From Parcubacteria group bacterium GW2011_GWA2_42_14 (GTDB lineage: Bacteria > Patescibacteriota > Minisyncoccia > Sungbacterales > GWA2-42-14): DNA of 64,000 nucleotides. The translations under genes were made by a program, and so were the position numbers. The stretch lies in the NCBI GenBank assembly GCA_000998135.1, contig LCCV01000001.1:72958-136957 (forward strand), given 5' to 3'. How positions within the stretch are numbered: the first letter of the stretch is position 1; each line of letters begins with the position of its first letter. Below the pieces are notes generated by a model, which had not been told where the DNA came from, ran no database searches, and was given only the letters and a program-made list of their open reading frames with translations. This document shows, piece after piece, positions 17,418 to 25,463 of the stretch.

Positions 17418-17699
17418 TTATCTTCGATAAAGATTTTTATACGCCTTATCCCTTCTGTCAATATCGTAAAGAACAATCTCTTCTTTTTTGTAGTCAACCC
17501 AAAAGAACAATCGCCAATCTCCAATCCTAATTTTATGCAATCCTCTAAGGTCTGGCGGTAAATTTCCCATCGGGGCGCCGATGGTTTCTGGATTTAGCGC
17601 CAACTGATCAAGTTTTTCCGCAACTCTTGCCTTATCACCTTGAGTGAGCTTAGAAAAAGGACGCTCAAATGCGAAATGATGCCGGATGCTATAAGCCAT
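17418..17699 (-). CDS. RelE/ParE-family toxin
   Basis: LRGLHKIRIGDWRLFF and RRDKAY motifs. Confidence 0.85.
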   Translation of the reverse strand: MAYSIRHHFAFERPFSKLTQGDKARVAEKLDQLALNPETIGAPMGNLPPDLRGLHKIRIGDWRLFFWVDYKKEEIVLYDIDRRDKAYKNLYRR

Positions 17700-17898
17700 A
17701 TTTTGCTTTTAGTTTTTGCCAGTTTCCGAGGCGTCCACTATTATGCGCTACGCGTAAACGCCTCATTTTTTTAAGAAAATCTTGATTGGTAGCCAATAAA
17801 AAATCTTCCAGCTCGTCCTCTGCCACGCTAAATTTACGCCCTGCCTCTATAATATCCTCAAAGATGTGTTTGGGTATTTGTATAGTGGTTTTTGACAT
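17689..17898 (-). CDS. Putative antitoxin
   Basis: Overlaps the toxin start; ELEDFLL..FLKKMRR; start set at MSKTT. Confidence 0.7.
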   Translation of the reverse strand: MSKTTIQIPKHIFEDIIEAGRKFSVAEDELEDFLLATNQDFLKKMRRLRVAHNSGRLGNWQKLKAKYGL

Positions 17899-17935
17899 AT
17901 ACAACCATAATATCGAAATAAAATCTTTTGTCAAA

Positions 17936-18490
17936 TCACAACAATGATCTTGATTTTAATAAAACTCCTAAAAAGGAAACTACGGCCAGGGCCGACATTG
18001 TTAAGAACAAAATCTGAAATCCAAATTTTGAAACAACTAATCCGCCGATTACAGCCGCAACGGCAACGGTCAGATTTTCAATCAATTTCCAATCGGCATA
18101 TTCTTCAACATATCTGCCCTTATCAAGGTGTTCCGCAAAAATGGTATCAAATGAGGGGTTACCAACGGCCTCGCCCACACCAAGCAAAATTAGTAATAAA
18201 ATTAGTAAAATAAAATTATTCACAAATGCAAACAATAACCAAGCAATAGCTCTAATCAGATAACCGCTCATTAAAAGATATTCCTTTTCTATAATTCTGT
18301 CGCCAACTTTGGATATCAAAAAAGTGAAAACTGTTGTGGAAATAAGAAAAGTTGCCCAAGAAAGACTAATCACCAAAATACTCTTCTCAAAATTTTGAAT
18401 GAATACTGCATAAAGCGGCCCCAATAGTCCTCCAGCCAAAACAAAAATAGCATTATATAAAAATAAAACTTTTAATGCTTTATTGCCCAT
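17936..18490 (-). CDS. Half-size MFS-like membrane protein (about 6 TM)
   Basis: GLLGPLYAVF, SKVGDR loop, hydrophobic pattern. Confidence 0.75.
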   Translation of the reverse strand: MGNKALKVLFLYNAIFVLAGGLLGPLYAVFIQNFEKSILVISLSWATFLISTTVFTFLISKVGDRIIEKEYLLMSGYLIRAIAWLLFAFVNNFILLILLLILLGVGEAVGNPSFDTIFAEHLDKGRYVEEYADWKLIENLTVAVAAVIGGLVVSKFGFQILFLTMSALAVVSFLGVLLKSRSLL

Positions 18491-18534
18491 ATTTTAATGA
18501 TAATACGCTACGCCAAAATTACCAATGGGATAAA

Positions 18535-20583
18535 TCAAGGTTTTGAAATTTTCTTAATCTGATCCCTAATCCGCGCCGCTAACTCGAAGTTCATTTCCTT
18601 TGCAGCCCGCTTCATTTCTCTTTCCAGCGCTTTTAAAACATCTTTTTTCGGGCCTTGCGGAATCAACGGCGCCAACTCTTCCTCCTGACGCCCTTTTGCT
18701 TCTTCAAGCAGTGATTTTCTTATTTCTTTTTGAATTTGTTGGGGGGTAATGCTGTGTTCAGCGTTATAGTCAGCTTGAATTTGGCGACGACGTTCGGTTT
18801 CGCCCATCGCTCTTTTCATGGAATCGGTAACGGTATCTGCATACATAATTACTTCGCCGTTCAAATGGCGCGCGGCCCGACCGGTAATTTGTAAAAGGGT
18901 GCGCTCGTTTCGCAAAAATCCTTCTTTGTCTGCGTCCAATATCGCAATAAAAGAAACCTCCGGCAAATCAAGGCCTTCCCGCAATAAATTAATACCGACA
19001 ACAGCGTCATAATTTCCAAGACGCAGGTCTTTTAAAATTTCCGGCCGGTCAAGGGTTTTGATTTCAGAATGAAGATAAGTTGTTTTAATTCCCGCTTCGG
19101 CCAAATACTCGGCAATATCTTCGGCCAAACGCTTGGTTAAAGCCAATACAAGCGACCTCTCTTTTTTTGCAACGCGCTTTTTTATTTCGCGAATAACATC
19201 TTTGATTTGGCCTGCGGTTTTACGGACTTCAATTTTTGGGTCAAGAAGGCCAGTGGGACGGATTAGTTGCTCTGCTATCGCAACTTCCGACTTCCGACTT
19301 CCAGCTTCCAACTTTTTGCACACACTCATTTTTAGCTCGTAATCTGCTGGCGTTGCCGAAACATAAATAATCGGCCCGACTTTTTTGTTAAATTCCGGAA
19401 ATTTAAGAGGACGGTTATCTATTGCCGAAGGCAAGCGAAAACCGTATTCCACAAGGGTTTTTTTACGGGCAAAATCGCCTTCATACATTCCTCTTAACTG
19501 CGGAACGGTTGCGTGCGATTCGTCTATGAAACAGAGCCAGTTTTTGGAGACCGGGACTCCTAAGGAGTCCCGGTCTCCTTGTTGACCATAAGCATAATTA
19601 AAATAATCAATCAATGTATAAGGCGGGCTTCCCGGCTCGCGAAAAGAAAGGTGGCGCGAATAATTTTCAATGCCATTGCAATATCCAGTTTCTTTAAGCA
19701 TCTCCATATCAAAGTTGGTACGCTCGGCCAATCTTTGCGCTTCAAGAAGCTTTCCTGATTTTTTAAAATAGGCAACGCGCTCTTTTGCTTCCTGCTTGAT
19801 GTTTTTGATAGCAAGCTCCAGTTTTTGACGGGGAGTAACGAAGTGTTTGGCGGGGAAAATTTTAATAGGGTTTGGGGTATAGGGTTTAGGGTTTAGGGTG
19901 CCGACTTTTCTTACGGTAATTTTTTCAATGCTGTTGCCGGAAAATTCTACAACTATTATTTCTTCGCCGGAGGGAGAATGGATTTCAACCATATCTCCGC
20001 GGATACGGAATTCCCCTTGTCTGGGGTCAAAATCATTACGATGATACTGCAAAAGCACTAAATAGCGAGCAACTTCGCGTGGAGAAATTTTCTGGCCGAT
20101 TTTCAATTCGTTTGCCACTTTTTCATATTCTTCCGGGTCCCCAATTCCGTAAATGCAAGAAACAGAAGCAACAATAATTACATCATTACGAGTAAGTAAA
20201 CTTGCAGTTGAAGCATGACGCAAACCGTCAATCAATTCATTGATTTTGGCATCTTTTTCAATATAGGTATCGGTTGAAGGAATATAGGCCTCTGGCTGAT
20301 AATAATCATAATAAGAAACAAAATAATGCATCGCGCTCTCCGGAAAAAATTCCTTGAATTCCTGATACAATTGCGCGGCCAGGGTTTTATTGTGAGAAAT
20401 AACAAGCGTTGGTTTTTGCACGCGCTCAATCACGTTAGCCATGGTGAATGTTTTGCCCGAACCGGTAACGCCGAGGAGAGTCTGGCGCAACACCCCCATA
20501 TCCAAATTTGCCACGAGCTTTTCAATGGCTTGTGGTTGGTCCCCCATGGGTTTAAATTTTGAAACGAGTTTGAAGCTTGGCAT
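18535..20583 (-). CDS. uvrB: Excinuclease ABC subunit B (three repeat-derived in-frame inserts)
   Basis: GVTGSGKT, FVSYYDYYQPEAY, IDESH, LREGLDLPEV and GRAAR motifs. Confidence 0.98.
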   Translation of the reverse strand: MPSFKLVSKFKPMGDQPQAIEKLVANLDMGVLRQTLLGVTGSGKTFTMANVIERVQKPTLVISHNKTLAAQLYQEFKEFFPESAMHYFVSYYDYYQPEAYIPSTDTYIEKDAKINELIDGLRHASTASLLTRNDVIIVASVSCIYGIGDPEEYEKVANELKIGQKISPREVARYLVLLQYHRNDFDPRQGEFRIRGDMVEIHSPSGEEIIVVEFSGNSIEKITVRKVGTLNPKPYTPNPIKIFPAKHFVTPRQKLELAIKNIKQEAKERVAYFKKSGKLLEAQRLAERTNFDMEMLKETGYCNGIENYSRHLSFREPGSPPYTLIDYFNYAYGQQGDRDSLGVPVSKNWLCFIDESHATVPQLRGMYEGDFARKKTLVEYGFRLPSAIDNRPLKFPEFNKKVGPIIYVSATPADYELKMSVCKKLEAGSRKSEVAIAEQLIRPTGLLDPKIEVRKTAGQIKDVIREIKKRVAKKERSLVLALTKRLAEDIAEYLAEAGIKTTYLHSEIKTLDRPEILKDLRLGNYDAVVGINLLREGLDLPEVSFIAILDADKEGFLRNERTLLQITGRAARHLNGEVIMYADTVTDSMKRAMGETERRRQIQADYNAEHSITPQQIQKEIRKSLLEEAKGRQEEELAPLIPQGPKKDVLKALEREMKRAAKEMNFELAARIRDQIKKISKP

Positions 20584-20642
20584 TTTTATTATTTTTACTA
20601 ATATTAATACGCTTCATTGACAAAACAAAAAGGGCACAAAAG

Positions 20643-21215
20643 ATGAGAAAATTTAACGCAATCCTAGTAATCTCTTGTATCCTATTCTTAATTTTGGCGG
20701 TTGGATTGATTCCAATAAACTCTGCCTCCGCCAACGAACCTGGCCCCGACTTCAAAAACTGGACCAAGTCGCGTGAGTGGGTAGAACAAAATGATGTTGA
20801 TATCGTCAAAAGAACATTTCAAGGCCCGAGCAATCACGATAACGAAGTATTTACCCTTTCCCTAAGAACAGAAAAAAATGAAACCCTATTCAAAGAATGG
20901 GACTATAAACAAAAGGGTTCGATTAAATCCGCTCTCCGCCTCCCCAGCGGGGAATGGTTTGTGGGAGATACGGGGAAGAGGGTAGATATACATATGGAAC
21001 TAGGCCTGTTCGGTTACAATCTATTTATTCATGTGTTTAAGTTAGAAAATAAGTGGTTTGCAAAATGCAAGAAAGAAAATGAGGAAATGAAAAAGAAGCA
21101 AGCGTGGCCATGGAGTAAGGTTGAAAGCGAAGACTGCAACAAATTTCTCGATGATAAAAAATACAACGGTATGTATATTTCAATTCCGGTTCGAAAATAC
21201 GACTGGAAAGAGTAA
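20643..21215 (+). CDS. Secreted hypothetical protein
   Basis: Signal peptide MRKFNAILVISCILFLILAVG..SASA. Confidence 0.7.
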   Translation: MRKFNAILVISCILFLILAVGLIPINSASANEPGPDFKNWTKSREWVEQNDVDIVKRTFQGPSNHDNEVFTLSLRTEKNETLFKEWDYKQKGSIKSALRLPSGEWFVGDTGKRVDIHMELGLFGYNLFIHVFKLENKWFAKCKKENEEMKKKQAWPWSKVESEDCNKFLDDKKYNGMYISIPVRKYDWKE

Positions 21216-21303
21216 TTTCGAACCCCTGCCGGTACCACTGCCGGCTTTTTGTTTGGCCTAAAAATGCTATACTAAAAGATAGATTCGTAATTCATAGGAA
21301 TAC

Positions 21304-21891
21304 ATGATTTCTATCATTGAAGGCACAATTGAGTTCAAGGCGCAAAAATCTGTGGTGGTAAAAACTGTAAGCGGGGTTGGTTATAAAATTTTTGCGCCCG
21401 AAGAAACTCTACATAAAATACCAGAAAAAGGGGCTTCCGTCAAATTGTGGACGCATTTATATGTTCGCGAAGATGCTCTTGAACTTTACGGATTTATTCA
21501 TTTTGCCGAACTTGAACTCTTTGAAACGCTCATTGGTATTTCTGGAATTGGTCCAAAGGGGGCTTTGGGCGTTTTAGGGATTGCCCCGGTTGATACTTTA
21601 AAAAAGGCCATTGCCACCGGAGACACTTCGTATTTAACCCGCGTATCCGGCATCGGCAGAAAGACCGCGGAAAAAATTGTTTTGGAATTAAAAGAAAAAA
21701 TGGCCGGCAAAGGAATTTCCACCATGGAAGCGCCGGAGCTCAAAGAAGAGGCTGACGCACTTGACGCCCTAATTCAACTCGGCTATTCACAGCGCGAAGC
21801 TCGCGAAGCATTGCAACAAGTGCCCAAAGAAATAACCGGAACGGAAAAACGCCTGAAAGAAGTACTAAAAATGTTAGGCTCGAAAAAATGA
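21304..21891 (+). CDS. ruvA: Holliday junction branch migration protein RuvA
   Basis: GVGY, VREDALELYGF, GIGPK, GIGRKTAEKI and LGYS motifs. Confidence 0.97.
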   Translation: MISIIEGTIEFKAQKSVVVKTVSGVGYKIFAPEETLHKIPEKGASVKLWTHLYVREDALELYGFIHFAELELFETLIGISGIGPKGALGVLGIAPVDTLKKAIATGDTSYLTRVSGIGRKTAEKIVLELKEKMAGKGISTMEAPELKEEADALDALIQLGYSQREAREALQQVPKEITGTEKRLKEVLKMLGSKK

Positions 21892-21903
21892 GTATTGACT
21901 GAC

Positions 21904-21954
21904 TTTAGCAACACTCGGTGTTGCTTACTATAAGCAACACCGAGTGTTGCTAAA
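21904..21954. repeat. Double palindrome (24-bp perfect inverted repeat whose arms are themselves hairpins)
   Basis: TTTAGCAACACTCGGTGTTGCTTA-CTA-TAAGCAACACCGAGTGTTGCTAAA; single related unit at 10090-10110. Confidence 0.85.
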
Positions 21955-22065
21955 ACAAAACCGCCTATTGGCGGTTTACTACTGCGGACAATTAAATGTT
22001 ATGCAACGTAATATTATAGTGCTGAAGCCAGACGGCCTCCGCGGCCTCACCTGACGCAATAACGG

Positions 22066-22425
22066 CTAATTCATTGTTTTTAAGCATATCACAACCAATT
22101 CATACGTATGAAATTCCTTGGAAACAGAACCACCGGGAACCGCAAAAACAATCCGCGCCCACATGGTATCGGAACATTTCAAGCGAACAGGCGAGTGGAC
22201 ACCGCCGGTTAATTCATTGAATTCTTCCGGGGTTCGTATGGCAACCGTAACGCCGGGGTCATGGTTTCGCAAAAAAACTTCAGTCACATAACCAAGCCAT
22301 GGTTTCCCTTCGTCAACAGCGTGCTTAATGTCAATCGGGTCAAGCGTTATCAAAACCATGTTTCCCGGTTTAACCGGAAATTCATTCATTAAAATTCGCT
22401 CGCTTTCCGAAACGATTCCGCTCAT
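22066..22425 (-). CDS. Hypothetical protein
   Basis: ORF; start set at MSGIVSE. Confidence 0.6.
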   Translation of the reverse strand: MSGIVSESERILMNEFPVKPGNMVLITLDPIDIKHAVDEGKPWLGYVTEVFLRNHDPGVTVAIRTPEEFNELTGGVHSPVRLKCSDTMWARIVFAVPGGSVSKEFHTYELVVICLKTMN

Positions 22426-22482
22426 TTTCCAACCGCTTTTTTTATTAAAGAAGGTATAACCAGCATAATAAAAATAAAAAAA

Positions 22483-23391
22483 ATGCAAGAGTTCGCAAAT
22501 TCAAAACCCAATATAACTCACTCTTTCTTGCAATCCTACGAATGGGAAAAATTGCAGGAAGCGCTAGGCAGAAAAAACTGGCGCATTGAAGGGCACTTGG
22601 TAATTCAGCACGACCTGCCGCAGGGTTTTAATTATCTTTACGCCCCGCACCTGCCGCATCTTACCGACCAATTTTTGCACCAAATCAGGAATATCGCGCT
22701 CCAAGAAAAATCGCTATTTCTTAAAATTGACCCGCACGGAAAAACCGAGGAATGGGAAATGGATATAAGGGGCTGGCAATTTTCTGATTTCCTGCAGCCG
22801 CAAAAAACAATCATTCTTGATTTAACCAAAACCGAAAATGAACTGCTGAAGGAAATGCATCCCAAAACCCGCTATAACGTGCATCTCGCGGAAAAACACG
22901 GCGTAAATGTTTTCAAATGTAAAACCCATGATATAAAAGAGCATCTTGATATGTTTTGGGACCTGCTTACCGAAACTGCCGGCCGCGACGTTTTCCATCT
23001 TCATGTAAAGCATTACTATCAAAAATTGCTGACACTGCAGGGGCAAAATTTTTCCAATCGCCTTGTTGTGGCCGAGCACCGCGGCAAAGCTCTGGCGGCT
23101 GCCATTATCAATTATTACCACGATACAGCCACTTATTTACACGGAGCATCTGCTTCAATCAACCGCGAAATAATGGCCCCGCACCTTCTGCATTGGAAAA
23201 TAATTCAGGACGCCAAAAAGGACGGTTTTAAAAAATACGACCTCTGGGGAATTGACGAAGAAAAATGGCCCGGTGTTACGCGATTCAAACTTGGATTCGG
23301 CGGACAGGTAATTGAATATCCGCGGTCAATAGACATTATTTTCAGACCGATGTGGTATAGAGCGTATAAAGTATTAAGAAAAATTGTTTAA
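22483..23391 (+). CDS. FemAB/FemX-family peptidoglycan peptidyltransferase
   Basis: FLQSYEW, KTRYNV, YLHGAS, YDLWGI and FKLGFGG motifs. Confidence 0.92.
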   Translation: MQEFANSKPNITHSFLQSYEWEKLQEALGRKNWRIEGHLVIQHDLPQGFNYLYAPHLPHLTDQFLHQIRNIALQEKSLFLKIDPHGKTEEWEMDIRGWQFSDFLQPQKTIILDLTKTENELLKEMHPKTRYNVHLAEKHGVNVFKCKTHDIKEHLDMFWDLLTETAGRDVFHLHVKHYYQKLLTLQGQNFSNRLVVAEHRGKALAAAIINYYHDTATYLHGASASINREIMAPHLLHWKIIQDAKKDGFKKYDLWGIDEEKWPGVTRFKLGFGGQVIEYPRSIDIIFRPMWYRAYKVLRKIV

Positions 23392-23466
23392 TCAACCAAC
23401 AACCGACAACCCACAACTAACAACACATGTTGTAAGTTGTAAGTTGTAAGTTGTAAGTTACAAGGG

Positions 23467-23961
23467 TTGGCTTGGTGGGACCAATTAACTGAATTTTTAT
23501 ACAGGTCAAATCCGGGCAAGGAACCGGCCCCGCCTTCCAGTCCTCAAAATCTAATGGAAGCGGTCAGGCGCGTCTTTATAACAGAGGCCATTGACTGGCT
23601 TTATTTCGCCCTTTCTTTTTTTACTCAATTTTATTTCTGGTCAATCGCTTTTTTATTTTTTTCAGGCAGAGGTGGATATTATTTTATTTCAACCAAACTC
23701 TTAGGAGCTATTTCCGAACCATACTTGGGGGCCGTGGGTATTTACGTAATTTTAAAAGAAATCAGAAAAAGAAAAATAGCGCGGGAATCGCGCCATTACG
23801 GAGAAATATATGTGTGGCTATGGCTGATTTTGCTTCTTAGCAGTTCCTCTCTTGTATTGCTTACTAAAAATTTTCATTTTGATACTATTATGAGATTGAT
23901 TATAACCAACAGCTTGGCTTCGTTAGTAATTTATATTGCGGGAAAAATACATAGGCCATAA
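23467..23961 (+). CDS. Membrane protein, unknown function
   Basis: About 4 hydrophobic segments; TTG start; in operon with femX and murE. Confidence 0.7.
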   Translation: MAWWDQLTEFLYRSNPGKEPAPPSSPQNLMEAVRRVFITEAIDWLYFALSFFTQFYFWSIAFLFFSGRGGYYFISTKLLGAISEPYLGAVGIYVILKEIRKRKIARESRHYGEIYVWLWLILLLSSSSLVLLTKNFHFDTIMRLIITNSLASLVIYIAGKIHRP

Positions 23962-23999
23962 AACGAAATTTTCAATTTTTAATTTCCAAACAACTTTCA

Positions 24000-25427
24000 A
24001 TGAATCAATTTTTTGGTATTTTTAAAAAAATAATTCCGCGGTCATTAGCGGTTTTTTTTCGACCTGCTTATCACTACATTTTAGCATTGCTGGCGGCAAT
24101 TTTTTATTGGTTTCCTTCACAAAATCTTATTGTTATAGGTGTTACGGGCACCAATGGCAAATCAACCGTTGTGGAACTAATTCACGCGATTTTAACCGAA
24201 GCCGGATTTAAAACCGGCTCAATTTCGTCCTTGCGGTTTAAAATCGGAAACAAAGAACAACAAAACAAACTAAAAATGACCATGCCGGGAAGATTTGCCT
24301 TGCAAAAATTCCTGCGGGAAAGCGTTTCCGCCGGATGCGAATACGCAGTTTTGGAAGTAACTTCAGAAGGAATAAAACAATACCGCAACAAATTCATAAA
24401 ATTTGATGTAGCAGTTATAACTAATGTTACTCCGGAACATATTGAATCCCACGGAAGTTTTGAAAATTACTTAGCGGCAAAAATGAAGCTTTTTGAACAG
24501 GTTTCGTGTTCAAGACCCGACCTTTTTCGTTCAAGGTCGGGTCTTAACGACGGCGTTTTAATCATCAACAGCGACGACCCCAATGCCCAAAAATTTCTGC
24601 AATTCCCGGCTAATGTAAAATATGTTTATAATTCGGGTTTTATTAGTATAGAAAAAAATGGTTCCACACAAAAAATCTCGCTCACCGAAAAACTGGTAAC
24701 TCCGGAAAGAATAAGTTTTAAACTGCAAAATACGGTAATTTCTTCGCGCTTAATCGGCGAATTTAATTTTTATAATATTTTAGCGGCGGTTTCAATAGCC
24801 ATCTCTCAAAATATCGGCTTGGAAAAGATAAAAACGGCTTTGGCAAAAATTTATGGAATTCCTGGCCGTCTTGAATTTGTGCAAAAAAAACCATTTGCGG
24901 TAGTAGTGGATTATGCTCACACGCCAGACGCGTTGCGTAAGGTTTACGAAACATTAAAAGAAACATGTCTCATGTCCCATGTCCCCTGTCGCATGATTTG
25001 TGTTCTTGGTTCAGCCGGAGGAGGCAGAGACAAATGGAAAAGGCCGGAGATGGGTAAAATTGCCGCGGAGTTTTGCGATGAAATTATTTTAACCAATGAA
25101 GACCCCTACGATGAGAGCCCTCTCGATATTATAAAAGATATTGAGAAAGGGTTCTCGTCGAAATCCCAAATCCAAAAATTTGCCTTCTCGGCAAATTCCG
25201 GGGCTTCGCCCGTTGAAAGCCAAATTGTTGGCTTTCAACCCAAATCCCAAACCATAATTAATAGGCGGGAAGCCATACGCGAAGCCATAAAATCGGCAAG
25301 GGTTGGAGATACCGTTATAATTACCGGCAAAGGCGCCGAGCCCTACATCATGGGTCCGAATAACACAAAAATTCCCTGGGACGATAGAAAAATAGTTCAA
25401 GATATATTGGAAAATGTAAAAAAGTAA
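24000..25427 (+). CDS. murE: UDP-N-acetylmuramoyl-tripeptide synthetase MurE (three repeat-derived in-frame inserts)
   Basis: GVTGTNGKST, EVTSEG, PGRLE, VDYAHTPDA, GGGRDKWKR, NEDP and GKGAE motifs. Confidence 0.93.
   Translation: MNQFFGIFKKIIPRSLAVFFRPAYHYILALLAAIFYWFPSQNLIVIGVTGTNGKSTVVELIHAILTEAGFKTGSISSLRFKIGNKEQQNKLKMTMPGRFALQKFLRESVSAGCEYAVLEVTSEGIKQYRNKFIKFDVAVITNVTPEHIESHGSFENYLAAKMKLFEQVSCSRPDLFRSRSGLNDGVLIINSDDPNAQKFLQFPANVKYVYNSGFISIEKNGSTQKISLTEKLVTPERISFKLQNTVISSRLIGEFNFYNILAAVSIAISQNIGLEKIKTALAKIYGIPGRLEFVQKKPFAVVVDYAHTPDALRKVYETLKETCLMSHVPCRMICVLGSAGGGRDKWKRPEMGKIAAEFCDEIILTNEDPYDESPLDIIKDIEKGFSSKSQIQKFAFSANSGASPVESQIVGFQPKSQTIINRREAIREAIKSARVGDTVIITGKGAEPYIMGPNNTKIPWDDRKIVQDILENVKK
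25173..25252 (+). repeat. 80-nt triple-hairpin element, copy 2, in frame in murE
   Basis: 75/80 identical to 11699-11778. Confidence 0.9.
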
Positions 25428-25463
25428 AAACCCGCGAGAAATCGCGGGGTTTATTTTAAAAAA

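Noticed and set aside
23392-23460. GTTGTAA-type repeats as a CRISPR array
   Set aside because: 7-nt tandem units with no unique spacers, and no cas genes in the window
11699-25252. DGR template/variable repeat pair for the two 80-nt copies
   Set aside because: Differences are not adenine-specific, include a compensatory pair, and no reverse transcriptase is present
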